Source: Candidatus Sumerlaeaceae bacterium (GTDB lineage Bacteria > Sumerlaeota > Sumerlaeia > Sumerlaeales > Sumerlaeaceae). Taken from it: a DNA stretch of 64,000 bases. Shown piece by piece: positions 19,607 to 30,192 of this stretch. A model generated the notes under the pieces. The model was given only the letters and a program-made list of their open reading frames with translations. It made no database searches and was not told the DNA's origin. The stretch spans positions 32,001 to 96,000 of the forward strand of contig JBPCLP010000013.1 of assembly GCA_051003195.1 (NCBI GenBank). The letters run 5' to 3'. The number at the start of each line of letters is the position of its first letter. Positions within the stretch are counted from its first letter, which is position 1. The position numbers were made by a program, and so were the translations under genes.

Positions 19607-19775
19607 CTGACCCCATAGTACGGCAACCACTGTGCCAATGTTTATGCAATTTCTTCACAAAGCAGAAGTTATCCGCCGAAGGCTAAAGTGTTGGTTTAAG
19701 ATACCAGGAGGCAATTTATCACGAGCTACGGAGTGGCACCGAAGGCCATACGCTCTACTTGTTAGTGGAGAAGAG

Positions 19776-20735
19776 CTACTCAGCTGCGGCTAAAGCGACT
19801 TCTCTGTGCTCGTTGTCTTCACTGCGCCTGCCTGTGCGCGAGTAGGTATTTGTCGGTGGCAATTCGCAGGCGGCGCCTTGGTTTGCACGACGTCCCGTCA
19901 TATAGAACAGCAGCGCCGACAGGGCAGATTTCATTTCCTTACGCTCACATACCATATCGAGGAAACCGTGCTCGAGAACAAACTCACTGCGTTGGAAGCC
20001 TTTAGGCAGGATCTGTTTGATAGTGCTCTGAATGACCCGCGCCCCCGCAAAACCGATGTACGCGTCCGGCTCCGCTAGGATGATATCGCCCAGGCTGGCA
20101 TAGCTCGCCATAACACCTGCGGTGCTCGGATTTGTCAGGATGCTGATGAACGGAATTCTTTTCGCCGCCAGGCGACTTAGTGCGCCACTGGTTTTTGCCA
20201 TCTGCATCAGCGACAGGATGCCTTCCTGCATACGCGCGCCGCCGGTGGCCGTCACGATAACAATGGGAAGGTTGTGTTCTGTCGAATGCTCGATGAGCCG
20301 AGTTATACGCTCTCCAACCACCGAGCCCATTGAACCACCAATAAAGTCGAAAGCCATTACCGCCAAGGCGATGTTCTGTCCCGAAAGCTTCGCGGTACCG
20401 GTAACGACCGCCTCGTCATAGCCGCACTTGGCTTGTGCAACCTCGAGCCGCTTACCGTATTCCTTGGAATCCACGAAGTTCAGTGCATCAGTTGGCTGGA
20501 TATTGTTAAACATTTCGCGAAACGAATTTGTATCCGTTAGAAGTTCGATGCGCTCGCGGGCGGAAATGCGGTGATGATGGTTGCACTTCTTGCAGACTTT
20601 AAGGTTTTCCTCAAAGTCTTTTGTGACCATCATTTCGAAGCAGTTATCGCATTTGGTCCAAAGGCCCTCGGGAATACGGTCGCGCATAACGGGCGTCTGA
20701 AGGGTTGAATACTTCTCTTTTTTGAACCATGCCAT
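19776..20735 (-). CDS. accD: acetyl-CoA carboxylase carboxyltransferase beta subunit
   Basis: LWTKCDNC...VCKKC Zn finger, GGSMGSVVGE, GGARMQEG, GFAGARVI. Confidence 0.97.
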   Translation of the reverse strand: MAWFKKEKYSTLQTPVMRDRIPEGLWTKCDNCFEMMVTKDFEENLKVCKKCNHHHRISARERIELLTDTNSFREMFNNIQPTDALNFVDSKEYGKRLEVAQAKCGYDEAVVTGTAKLSGQNIALAVMAFDFIGGSMGSVVGERITRLIEHSTEHNLPIVIVTATGGARMQEGILSLMQMAKTSGALSRLAAKRIPFISILTNPSTAGVMASYASLGDIILAEPDAYIGFAGARVIQSTIKQILPKGFQRSEFVLEHGFLDMVCERKEMKSALSALLFYMTGRRANQGAACELPPTNTYSRTGRRSEDNEHREVALAAAE

Positions 20736-20896
20736 CGTTCGCAAGCTCCCAGCCGGATGAGCCGCTTGAGGCTTCCATGCGGCACAATTAGGTTATTTGG
20801 TTCAAACCCACGTATTATTCAGAGATGCTTAGAGGTCAGTCGCAATGGTTTTCTTGGCTTGCGACGTGAAAACCTTTGGGCTGAAATGCGGTTGAG

Positions 20897-22774
20897 ATGA
20901 ATCATTCATCAGCTAGAATGAAGTGCAGACCGCTGATTTACCTAGCGATGGCTGTGGTTACACTTGCGGTCTGGAGTTACGCGTTTGTGCCGCTGCGGGC
21001 ATCGCAGGATGAATGGTGGCACCTCAAAACAGGCAAGTGGATATGGGAGAATCAGTCTCTTTCGCGCAACGATATCTTCACCTATACGGGAGAGAACTAC
21101 CGCTGGTTCAACCATGAGTGGCTGAGCCAGCTTATACTGTATGGCTTCTACTCGCTGGGCGAAGTAGTCGGTATTGGGCCGGTTCGTGGACTCATCCTCT
21201 TTAAGTCGGTGATTGTCACGGCATGTTTCGGGCTGATTGCGTGGCTGATCCGCCTTCGCGGTGCCTCCTGGCCGGCAGTGCTTTTAATGACGTTCGCGGC
21301 CGCGGAGATATCACGGCGAACCATCTACCCGCGCCCGCCCATTTTCTCGTATTTGCTGCTGGCGATCTTTCTGCTGACTTTGTTCCACTGGAAACTTGGT
21401 CGATTGCGAACGCGATGGCTTTGGTTGCTACCGCCGTTGACCGTGATCTGGGGAAACCTGCACGGAATGGTGCTGCTTGCGATTGTCGCAGTTGGCGCAT
21501 TTGCGGCAGGAGAAATTCTGGAGAACACTGCCGCCGTCTTTCGAAGCAAAACGCGATCGCCGACCGATGCAGGACCGACATCGCTGACTGTTTCGTTTCG
21601 ATCCATCTTCACACCTCGCGCGAATCATCTCTGGCTTCTGCTCGCGGTCACGGTTGTGGCGGCCATGGCACAGCCGAGCGGCTACCACATCTTCTTCCTC
21701 GGCCGAAATTTCACTGCGGATCCGCTCCTCCAGCAGGAGATCCTCGAGATGAAACCGCCGCCATTCTTCCTGCAGGCAGGCCAGTCGGCACAGCTGGTAT
21801 TCGTGCCCGGCTTCGCTGCGTTCTGGTTCGCAGCGGCGATTCTTATCCCGCTGCTCGTTTTCAGCCGGGGGCGGCTGCCATTTGGCGCCGATTACCTGCT
21901 TACCGGATTTTTCCTGTACCAGGCAGCAATGCACTGGCGCCTGCTCCCGCTGTTCGCCATCGGTGCGGCAGGCACATTTGGCGCATTGCTTGCCGGGATA
22001 ACAACGCGGATTTCAGCAAAGATTCGCCGGCTGGCTGCCGGCGGCGCGATGGCTTTGTCTGTAACCCTGCCGATCTACTTCGTGTTTTTCGTCGACGAGA
22101 ATGGAACGTTTTTTCAGCGGAACATGGCGCTACTGCAGGGCGATGTGATGAGCCTGGATGATTACCCGGCCCCGCTACTCGATTTCATACTCGCTGCCGA
22201 CCTGCCGGATCGAATGTTCTCCGAAAGCAATTACTGCGGCTACTATATGTGGCGTCTGAGCCCTGAACGGCACAAGCTGTTTACGGACAACCGGTTCGAC
22301 CTGTTCGGCAGCCGCTTTCGGCTGGAAGAAAAGATAATCCTGGCGGCCGGCATCAAGGGAGACCGATTCTCACGAGGTGGAAAGCCGTTTGAACTCGGGT
22401 GGCAGGAGCTCCTCGATAAATACGGCGTTAATTTCGTGGTCGTCCATCGGGAGCGACAGCCTGGCTACCACCTGCCAGAGGCGCTCATCCTTTCTGGTGA
22501 GTGGAAGCACGTCTATTACTATGTGCCACCAGACGCGCTGGCGAGAAGCCGGGGCCGGCTGAATCCGCAGGCTGGTATCAGCGTCTGGGTACGCGATGAA
22601 CCGCGATTTGCATATGTTCACGAACGGGCTCTGGCATATTTCAAAAGCGAACACCCCACTTATCCCTTGCCCGAACATCTCGACAAAATGCTTCTGGACG
22701 ATTTGGGTCTCAAAGACCCGAGCACTACATCATCACGCAGTTCCGCAAACTGGCGCGTACCGATAGGGAGATAA
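20897..22774 (+). CDS. multi-TM GT-C-like membrane protein
   Basis: DEWWHLKTGKWI, HEWLSQ, RPPIFS, WGNLHG, periplasmic FTDNRFDLFG; start could be 20918. Confidence 0.65.
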   Translation: MNHSSARMKCRPLIYLAMAVVTLAVWSYAFVPLRASQDEWWHLKTGKWIWENQSLSRNDIFTYTGENYRWFNHEWLSQLILYGFYSLGEVVGIGPVRGLILFKSVIVTACFGLIAWLIRLRGASWPAVLLMTFAAAEISRRTIYPRPPIFSYLLLAIFLLTLFHWKLGRLRTRWLWLLPPLTVIWGNLHGMVLLAIVAVGAFAAGEILENTAAVFRSKTRSPTDAGPTSLTVSFRSIFTPRANHLWLLLAVTVVAAMAQPSGYHIFFLGRNFTADPLLQQEILEMKPPPFFLQAGQSAQLVFVPGFAAFWFAAAILIPLLVFSRGRLPFGADYLLTGFFLYQAAMHWRLLPLFAIGAAGTFGALLAGITTRISAKIRRLAAGGAMALSVTLPIYFVFFVDENGTFFQRNMALLQGDVMSLDDYPAPLLDFILAADLPDRMFSESNYCGYYMWRLSPERHKLFTDNRFDLFGSRFRLEEKIILAAGIKGDRFSRGGKPFELGWQELLDKYGVNFVVVHRERQPGYHLPEALILSGEWKHVYYYVPPDALARSRGRLNPQAGISVWVRDEPRFAYVHERALAYFKSEHPTYPLPEHLDKMLLDDLGLKDPSTTSSRSSANWRVPIGR

Positions 22775-24033
22775 TGGCAGATCTTCAACTGAACAAGCCG
22801 CTGTATAAATCGACTGGCTCCGGCGCTGCTGCCGAGCGGACCATTTTGCCGCGTGCACCCCGCGCGTCCATTATGGCTCGGACCGGGGCAGTTCTGTTGG
22901 ATATCATTTTCCTGCATTTTGCCTACCTGCTTCTGATAAAGCTCGCACCGGGGGCGACAGTGCGCCTTGGCAGCGCAGGCGAGTGGTTTGGTCTGGCCGG
23001 TGCATGGTTGTATTTCTCATTCTGCGGAAGTCATCTCACGTGGGGACGCACGTTGGGAAAGCTGGTGATGCGTGTCCAGGTAAGTGACGTAACCGGCCCC
23101 GAGCTTCCGTTAGGGCGTGCGGCGCTGCGCGCCGCGCTGTTGCTATGTGGCTGTGTGTTCCCTATCGCGATGACGCAGTACGCTACCCGCCTCCAGGCCG
23201 AAACAGACCTGAATCCTCTTCCCACTTACTTACGCCAGCTCGGCTGGGCGTTGAATTGGGGATGGCTGTTTGGCAACCTTGTGTTCAGCGCCTACGAGCC
23301 ATTCGGACGCTCGCTCATCGATCGCATTGTCGGGTCAGCGGTAAATGCTACAGACGCCGAGCCTGCGACGCTGCAGGAATACTTCGCCGATGTGCGTGGA
23401 TCTGCCGGGCTCCCCGCGCCGCACAAGTCATGGTTCGCTTTTGCATCGGCACTTGGCGTGCTCCTTACGATCGTCACCACCTTGTATATTGTGGGCGTGG
23501 ATGCCGTGAAGAAGGTGGGCGATGACAAACGCGCCGAAGCAAAACGTTACCGTGAAGCGCTTTCGCAGAAAGACTTTAGTCAGCCGATTGCCGGCGGGCA
23601 ACTCGAGAATAGCGCGGAAAGCGATCGCAAAACTACCGAGCCGCAACTGATGTCTGCGCTTCTTACCTACGAGCATATTGGGCCGATTGATGTGGAAGAG
23701 TTAAAACGTGACCCGCGCATCACCGGCTCCCTCGACAGAATCGTCGCTTTCCAGCAGTCCGAACCTAGCTTCCGTGGATGGTTCGCAGATCTGTTTAATA
23801 GGATGAACAAGCAACGTTTTGAAAAGGGGGAGGCCACCACGACGGTTCCAAAACAAATGCGACTGGAAGTTAGTTTCGCGGAAAAGGCCGACCTGTTTTT
23901 TGCATCCGAGGCGATGCCGAAATACTCGATCAGCAAAGTGATGGATCTGGATCCGGGCGATGTTGCCTCGTCGCGACCACTCAGCGTGCGAGAGCAGGTA
24001 GCAGCAGATCGGAAAACGACTGGAACGCGCTAG
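22774..24033 (+). CDS. RDD-family membrane protein with C-terminal soluble extension
   Basis: RTGAVLLD, GRTLGK...RVQV and GRSLIDRIVG (RDD signature). Confidence 0.75.
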   Translation: MADLQLNKPLYKSTGSGAAAERTILPRAPRASIMARTGAVLLDIIFLHFAYLLLIKLAPGATVRLGSAGEWFGLAGAWLYFSFCGSHLTWGRTLGKLVMRVQVSDVTGPELPLGRAALRAALLLCGCVFPIAMTQYATRLQAETDLNPLPTYLRQLGWALNWGWLFGNLVFSAYEPFGRSLIDRIVGSAVNATDAEPATLQEYFADVRGSAGLPAPHKSWFAFASALGVLLTIVTTLYIVGVDAVKKVGDDKRAEAKRYREALSQKDFSQPIAGGQLENSAESDRKTTEPQLMSALLTYEHIGPIDVEELKRDPRITGSLDRIVAFQQSEPSFRGWFADLFNRMNKQRFEKGEATTTVPKQMRLEVSFAEKADLFFASEAMPKYSISKVMDLDPGDVASSRPLSVREQVAADRKTTGTR

Positions 24034-24106
24034 ATAATTAATGGGCGCTGTAAATTTGGCACGTACGTTGCACCTTTCGCCTGCAACTCAGTCAAAGGAG
24101 ACTACA

Positions 24107-24595
24107 ATGGCAGATCGTAACCCCGATCCAATTACTGGCGCCCCCGGTTCGCATCCGGTAGGCACAGGCGCAGGTGCAGCAGGAGGCGCAGCAGCCGGAG
24201 CCGCTCTCGGTGCAGTGGGTGGACCGCTAGGTGTGGTAGCCGGTGCAGCTATCGGCGGCGTGGCCGGCGGCCTGGTTGGCAAAGGCGCAGCCGAAGCAAT
24301 CGACCCCACCGTAGAAGACGCATACTGGCGCGAGAACCACAAGACTGCATCCTACTACGATCGCAATCTTAGCTATGACGACGATTATGCACCAGCATAT
24401 CGCTATGGATACGAATCCCGCCGCACCAATGCGGGCAAGAAATTCGACGATGTAGAAGGCGATCTCGGGCGTGGCTGGGATCGTGCAAAAGGCAATTCGC
24501 AGCTGGGCTGGGATAAAGCCAAAATGGCGAGTCGCGACGCGTGGCACCGTGTGGAACGCGCCCTACCCGGCGATGCAGACGGCGACGGCAGATAG
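24107..24595 (+). CDS. glycine-zipper conserved hypothetical protein
   Basis: AAGGAG RBS; NPDPITGAPGSHPVGTG, GxxxG zipper, EDAYWRENH, YAPAYRYG. Confidence 0.85.
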   Translation: MADRNPDPITGAPGSHPVGTGAGAAGGAAAGAALGAVGGPLGVVAGAAIGGVAGGLVGKGAAEAIDPTVEDAYWRENHKTASYYDRNLSYDDDYAPAYRYGYESRRTNAGKKFDDVEGDLGRGWDRAKGNSQLGWDKAKMASRDAWHRVERALPGDADGDGR

Positions 24596-24622
24596 TTAAA
24601 CCAAGAAGCAGTTTGGGTAATT

Positions 24623-24646
24623 GGGCCGGCGATCCGTCGCCGGCCC
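24623..24646. terminator. hairpin between convergent genes, probable terminator
   Basis: Perfect 10-bp stem GGGCCGGCGA-TCCG-TCGCCGGCCC. Confidence 0.7.
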
Positions 24647-24665
24647 TTGTCTGCTCTATGCTCGT

Positions 24666-26027
24666 TCAGGACCCGGGCACCAGGTTTGACGCCACGTCGG
24701 TCGAGTACGCTTTAATCGCGGGAAGAATTCCAGCCAGTGCACCCACGATGATTATGCCGAGCGGGGCAGCCCACAGCGCCTGGTTGAATTGCATGAGATC
24801 GATGACAACACCGGTCCTGGCTCGAACCACGGCAGCGGTGGCGCCGAGGATAATAGCATAAACTGCAAAGCCGAACAGTGCCCCAAGCGCGGCGATCGAA
24901 GCGGACTCTGCTACAATCGCACTGAAGACGGTAGTACGCCGCGCGCCAAGTGCGCGCAGGATCGCAAACTCGCGTCTTCGTTCGCTAATGGTGTTGTAGA
25001 TGCTTGCCAGTATCGACGCAGCCGCTACTGCGACTACGAGATACGAGACCATTTCCAGGATTCGATTCACCCAGCCAAGCTTGTCGAACAACTCAGCCAT
25101 GACTCGAGCGATTGGGTGTGCCAGAGTTGCGACAGTGCCCTGCTTATTCACCGTCTGTTCCATTGCAAAGCCTGCCTGCGGGCTTCGAAATTTAAGCATG
25201 ACGGCACTGATCTCTTTATACTGATCCGGGATTTCTTCACCCGACTTTGCGACGTACGGCTGGGTTGCCGTTTGCGTGGTAAGCGCACCCCCGCCCCTGA
25301 GAACGTGTCCTTCCATTCGGAATATGCCTTCCACGGGAATCCAGATCACGCGGTCCGACGGGCTGTTTGTCGGCTTCAAAATTCCGGTTACCACGTATTC
25401 GTCGGCATGCATATCCGTCGAATCCGCGGATATGCCGTGGAACGGGTTTAACTTACTTCCAACTCGCAGCCCCGACTGCCGCGCTGCGAAATCGCCGACC
25501 ACCGCCTCACGATGATTCGGGTCAAACGGGCGTCCACCCGGGTACATCTCAAACTTCCGGCCCTTTTGGTACTCAAACTTTGTAAACATTTCCTCAGTGG
25601 TGCCGACGATTCTAAATCCTTTATAATTGTCTCCCACTGCATAGGGAACCGCTAAGGCGACCCGCGGGTCTTTTTTCACTGCGGTATAGAGCGACCACGG
25701 TATGTTTCCAGGCGATGTCTCGAGGTGGAAAACCGAATTCAGAACCAGCTGCAATTGGCTCCCGCGTGCGCCGAGTACCGCGTCAAAGCCGATTGGGCCG
25801 CCCGTGAATGCCGCTCGTGTTTGCGCATTGATTACAAACACAGACATCACAAGCCCCGCAGCGAGCGCAACAGACAGAACGGTAATAATCGTGGAAAGCA
25901 AGTGCTGACGCAAGCTCCGCCGGACCATCAACCCAATGCCGAGAATTGCCCCTCCTGAAAGATGCCCTGGCATTCCGGACTCAGGTGGCAGAGTTGCTAT
26001 TTCGGAACGTGAAACGGTCGCGCTCAT
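24666..26027 (-). CDS. ABC transporter permease (MacB/FtsX family)
   Basis: TM1 plus large periplasmic domain; ERRREFAILRALGA. Confidence 0.9.
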   Translation of the reverse strand: MSATVSRSEIATLPPESGMPGHLSGGAILGIGLMVRRSLRQHLLSTIITVLSVALAAGLVMSVFVINAQTRAAFTGGPIGFDAVLGARGSQLQLVLNSVFHLETSPGNIPWSLYTAVKKDPRVALAVPYAVGDNYKGFRIVGTTEEMFTKFEYQKGRKFEMYPGGRPFDPNHREAVVGDFAARQSGLRVGSKLNPFHGISADSTDMHADEYVVTGILKPTNSPSDRVIWIPVEGIFRMEGHVLRGGGALTTQTATQPYVAKSGEEIPDQYKEISAVMLKFRSPQAGFAMEQTVNKQGTVATLAHPIARVMAELFDKLGWVNRILEMVSYLVVAVAAASILASIYNTISERRREFAILRALGARRTTVFSAIVAESASIAALGALFGFAVYAIILGATAAVVRARTGVVIDLMQFNQALWAAPLGIIIVGALAGILPAIKAYSTDVASNLVPGS

Positions 26028-26716
26028 CGTGTTGCCACCTGCGTCGAGACTGTAGCAGCCCGGTTGATTTGGCTGAGGTGCTGCACGTTTTCGAAATGGC
26101 CTAGGATTTCCTCATCGTGACTCACCAGCAGTAGCGCGGCGCCACTTTCTCTGCATATTTCGCGTATGAGGGCCAGCGCATCCATCGCGCGTGCGCGGTC
26201 AAGATTGCCGGTTGGCTCATCCGCAAGCACAAGCCGTGGGTGATTCGCAAGTGCGCGTGCCACGGCGACTCGCTGTTGCTGGCCAACGCTCAATTGCCGC
26301 GGCCGATAGTGCATACGGTCCGCCAGGCCGACACGCTCGAGCAGGGCACGGGCATATCCATAATCTGCGCCCCGGCCAAACATCATTCCAAGCGCCACAT
26401 TCTCCAGCGCCGTGTAGCCCTGCAGCAAGTTGAAGGTCTGGAATACATAGCCGAGTTGCTGCGCACGCAGACGATCACGCGCGGATTCGCCCAATGCGGT
26501 CATCTCTTGCCCCGCCAGCACAATGCGGCCGCTGTCGGCCTGCAGAATACCAGCGATCAGGTTCAAAAAAGTAGTTTTACCGGAACCGCTGCTGCCTTGC
26601 AGGGCCACATGTGCACCATTATCCATGGTGAATGAGGCTATATCCACGACGGTCGACGTGCTTCCGTCGGGTGCACGGTAGCTTTTGCGCAATGCTTCTA
26701 TTTCAAGGATAGCCAT
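26024..26716 (-). CDS. ABC transporter ATP-binding protein (LolD-like)
   Basis: GSSGSGKT, LSVGQQQRV, LADEPTGNLD, VSHD. Confidence 0.94.
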   Translation of the reverse strand: MAILEIEALRKSYRAPDGSTSTVVDIASFTMDNGAHVALQGSSGSGKTTFLNLIAGILQADSGRIVLAGQEMTALGESARDRLRAQQLGYVFQTFNLLQGYTALENVALGMMFGRGADYGYARALLERVGLADRMHYRPRQLSVGQQQRVAVARALANHPRLVLADEPTGNLDRARAMDALALIREICRESGAALLLVSHDEEILGHFENVQHLSQINRAATVSTQVATR

Positions 26717-26772
26717 AAACCCAGTGTGCAAACGCTGCAGAGGCGAATCAACAAAGATAAAACACCAACGTT

Positions 26773-27402
26773 TCAGTCCAGCAACTTTTGATGAAACACA
26801 TAACGCACAATTTCAGAGTTCGTCTGCATGGACATTTTTTCGAGAATTCGTGTTCGGTAGGTACTGACCGTTTTTACGCTGAGACTCAGCCGTTCACCAA
26901 TTTCCGTGATTGTAAGACCGGACCCCAGCAGGCGAAACACTTCGAACTCGCGGTCTGACAATTCCTCATGGGGCAGCTTTTCGGTTTTGCGGTGCAGCTC
27001 GCCGGCCAATCGCTCCGCCAACGAAGAACTGATATACTTTCCGCCTGACAACACCTTTCCCAGCGCGCCTACCAGTTCATCTGGCGCGCTATCTTTCGTC
27101 AGGTAACCGTCGGCGCCTGCTTTCATCGCCCGGATGGCATATTGGTCCTCTGGATAAATCGTCAGCATGATAACAGGGAGCTTTGGGTACTCACGCTTGA
27201 GGTCCTGCAAGGTCTCCAGCCCGTTTCTGCCCGGCATTGAGATATCGAGCAACACCGCGTCCACCTTTTGTTGCGCGACGATCTGCAAGACTTCCGCACC
27301 GCTGGACGCTTCCAGGATGGAATAGCCGGTCAGGTCGAGCACGATATCGCGCAGTCCACGCCGGACGATCGGGTGGTCGTCGGCAATGAGGATGTTTACC
27401 AT
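26773..27402 (-). CDS. NarL/UvrY-family response regulator (REC plus LuxR HTH)
   Basis: ADDH, LLDISMPG, YLTK, LSDREFEV, LSVKTVSTYR. Confidence 0.94.
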   Translation of the reverse strand: MVNILIADDHPIVRRGLRDIVLDLTGYSILEASSGAEVLQIVAQQKVDAVLLDISMPGRNGLETLQDLKREYPKLPVIMLTIYPEDQYAIRAMKAGADGYLTKDSAPDELVGALGKVLSGGKYISSSLAERLAGELHRKTEKLPHEELSDREFEVFRLLGSGLTITEIGERLSLSVKTVSTYRTRILEKMSMQTNSEIVRYVFHQKLLD

Positions 27403-27578
27403 ATTCGAGTGAGGAGCCACGACTGATCATCATCGGAGCAGGAGTGTCAGAAGCAAGTGCCGAAACAGTCCTCGCTGAGCAAGCTACTGCCATGGCTTCG
27501 TCGGCGGTGGGAATTGCGAAGAGCTGCTTTACATGGAATTCCATAGAATCCATACGCCTCGCTGAAGTACATGCCGAG

Positions 27579-28667
27579 ATGATCGACTGGAAATGTGCTA
27601 TGGGAGTGTGGTTCTGGTTTTGCTCTGCTCTCTGCGCGCAGGCCACGGCTCCTGTACGACAAATTCCTGCCGGCGGCAAAACAGACGTGCCCAGGCGCGA
27701 TGCGGCCACGACCAGCGTTGCTGTGCGGGAAGGTTTACCGATGGTTGACCCGCAGCGCATGGGACGCTTGAATCTGGAAAAGCTTCCCACCGGTCCTGAC
27801 GGCAAGAAGATGGTTGCGATGGTGAATGGCGTACCAATTTCGGAAGAGCGCTTCCTGTCGGTTCTGCGCAAAGCAGTCGAGCCTGCAGCCAGGTCGGACC
27901 TCCAACGGGTGCAGGGCGAGATGGCCGCCTTTGCCAGCCCGGTGCTTGAACAGATGATCGCGGTGGCATTGTACCGCCAGTACGCGGCCCGGTTTAAATT
28001 AGCGCCTGCTGAACATGAGATCAATGGCGAGATGGCCAGGATGAACGCACGTCTTCCCGCCGGTAGAAAGCTGCAGGATGAGGCGTTTGCGTCTGGAAGG
28101 ACTGCAGCTGACGTGCGCCAGGACGTTGAGGATCAACTGATCAGTTCACGCGTCGAGGAACGGGTAAATGATCAGTTCACTACCGGCACCCCGACGAATG
28201 AACAGCTAAAGTCTTTGCTGCTCGGGTCGAACCTGACGACGTCTCGCGCCGTCGAACTGCGAGCCAGCCATATCGTTTTTCGTGCGAAGCCTGATATGAC
28301 AAAGGAGCAGATCGAGGACGCGCGCGCGCGTGCAGACAGAGTTCTCGGACTGGTCCGTGGCGGCCTGGATTTTGCCACGGCGGCACGACAGCATTCGCAG
28401 GACCGACATACAGCGGCAATAGGTGGAGATCTCGGCTATTTCACCGCAGGGAGAATGCTGGCCGAATTCGACAAGGCTGCCTTTGAATTAAGGCCGGGTG
28501 AAGTGAGCGGAGTCGTAAGGACTCCCGTCGGATTCCACATTATTAAAGTATCGGAGCGACACGAGGACACCGCGCACAGCATGTATTTCCTGCATGAGAA
28601 GGCGGCGGCACTCACTCGTTTCCGCGAAAACCTCAAACAGAGTGCCAAAATCGAGCGATTTATCTGA
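27579..28667 (+). CDS. SurA/PrsA-like parvulin peptidyl-prolyl isomerase
   Basis: VAMVNG, RASHIVF, GGDLGYF, EFDKAAF, GFHIIKV; start uncertain. Confidence 0.88.
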   Translation: MIDWKCAMGVWFWFCSALCAQATAPVRQIPAGGKTDVPRRDAATTSVAVREGLPMVDPQRMGRLNLEKLPTGPDGKKMVAMVNGVPISEERFLSVLRKAVEPAARSDLQRVQGEMAAFASPVLEQMIAVALYRQYAARFKLAPAEHEINGEMARMNARLPAGRKLQDEAFASGRTAADVRQDVEDQLISSRVEERVNDQFTTGTPTNEQLKSLLLGSNLTTSRAVELRASHIVFRAKPDMTKEQIEDARARADRVLGLVRGGLDFATAARQHSQDRHTAAIGGDLGYFTAGRMLAEFDKAAFELRPGEVSGVVRTPVGFHIIKVSERHEDTAHSMYFLHEKAAALTRFRENLKQSAKIERFI

Positions 28668-28700
28668 CCATACAATCAATCAGGGCGACGACTCCCGATG

Positions 28701-30053
28701 TTACGAGGCCACGCCATCCTCATGTACTGCTGGATGTTTACTCTTGGCTGGTAGTGCTTTGCAGATCTTCGCGAGTGTCTCGACCGTATAATCTGCCTGT
28801 TCCTTCGTAAGACACAACGGCGGGCAGAAGCGGATCGCATGGGCACCGCATCCCAACGCGAGGATCCCATTTTCATAGAAGTCGGTAATGATGTCGTTGC
28901 GCAGAGCCGAGGAGTACTCTCCGGTGTCGTCCACGACGTCGATGGCCAGCATCAGACCCAGACCGCGTGCATTTTTTACGTGCGGCACCCTGGTTTCCAG
29001 TTCGGCCAGCCGCTCGCGCAGGTAATCGCCAACCACGCGCGCGTTCTCCATCAGGCCATCTTCCAATAGGTCCATGGTTGCGTTTGCGGCGGCACAAGCA
29101 ACCGGGTTGCCACCGAACGTCGTGCCATGCTGACCCGGGCCCCAGTCCATGATCTCGGCCTTCGCCATAAATCCGCCCAATGGCAGACCACTCGCAATTC
29201 CCTTGGCGAAGGTCATTATATCGGGTTCCAGGCCGAAGTGCTCACATGCGAACATCTTGCCGGTACGCCCCATGCCACTCTGCACTTCGTCAACTACCAG
29301 CAGGATCTTGTGCCGCGTGCATAACTCGCGCAGGCCATGGAGCCATTCACGCTTTGGGATAATGTAACCGCCCTCGCCCTGGATCACCTCGACGAATATG
29401 GCAGCGAAATTTCCCATGTCGGCCGCCTTGCCGAGCACATAGTTTTCAATGTAATCCAGGTCATCGCCATAGCGGGCGTGCTGAATGCCGGGAAGAAACG
29501 GGGAAAAGTTTTTGCGTTGGACGTTCTTGGAGGCGGTCAGGCTCAGCGCGCCCATTGTGCGCCCGTGAAACGCGCCAAAGAAGGACAGCATCTGGTGGCC
29601 CCCGGTTGCATGTCGTGCCAGCTTAATCGCACCTTCGATGCTTTCTGCACCGGAGTTCGTGAAAAACACCCGTTTCTTGCCCTTGATGGGGGCGTACTTG
29701 AACAGGCGCTCGGCGAGACGAACCTGAACCTCGTAGTAAAAATCGGTCCCGCTCATATGAAGAAAGCGGCTCGCCTGCTCGGTGATGGCATTCACTACAT
29801 GGGGGTGGCTATGGCCGGTAGAGCAGACGGCAATTCCTGCGGCCATGTCGAGGAAACGGTTTCCGTCGGCGTCCCATACGAGGCAGCCTTCGCCACGATC
29901 CATCACAAACGGATAATCGCGCGTGTAGGAGCTCGACATCACAGCTTTGTCACGATCGATAATCGCGCGCGACTTTGGTCCTGGCAGGCGTCCCTTCACT
30001 TCGGGGAGCATATCCTTAGCCGCTTTTACCAGTGTTGCAGTTGCGTTCGCCAT
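28701..30053 (-). CDS. class III PLP aminotransferase (4-aminobutyrate/acetylornithine type)
   Basis: NSGAESIE, FHGRT, DEVQSGMGRTG, FAKGIASG, HGTTFGGNP. Confidence 0.93.
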   Translation of the reverse strand: MANATATLVKAAKDMLPEVKGRLPGPKSRAIIDRDKAVMSSSYTRDYPFVMDRGEGCLVWDADGNRFLDMAAGIAVCSTGHSHPHVVNAITEQASRFLHMSGTDFYYEVQVRLAERLFKYAPIKGKKRVFFTNSGAESIEGAIKLARHATGGHQMLSFFGAFHGRTMGALSLTASKNVQRKNFSPFLPGIQHARYGDDLDYIENYVLGKAADMGNFAAIFVEVIQGEGGYIIPKREWLHGLRELCTRHKILLVVDEVQSGMGRTGKMFACEHFGLEPDIMTFAKGIASGLPLGGFMAKAEIMDWGPGQHGTTFGGNPVACAAANATMDLLEDGLMENARVVGDYLRERLAELETRVPHVKNARGLGLMLAIDVVDDTGEYSSALRNDIITDFYENGILALGCGAHAIRFCPPLCLTKEQADYTVETLAKICKALPAKSKHPAVHEDGVAS

Positions 30054-30192
30054 CTTCTTCTCCTGGTGCACATGACCGCGCCATTCGTAAGCCCGCTTCG
30101 GACGGCAAGTGGTGCCGTTAGCCATAAATCACAATCTGTGAAATGATTCACATACTGGCTTTCGCAAAACCGAGATTTTGAATTCTCGAGCG

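Noticed and set aside
26773..27402. Orphan response regulator as part of a novel system
   Set aside because: Orphan NarL-family regulators are common; nothing links it to its neighbours
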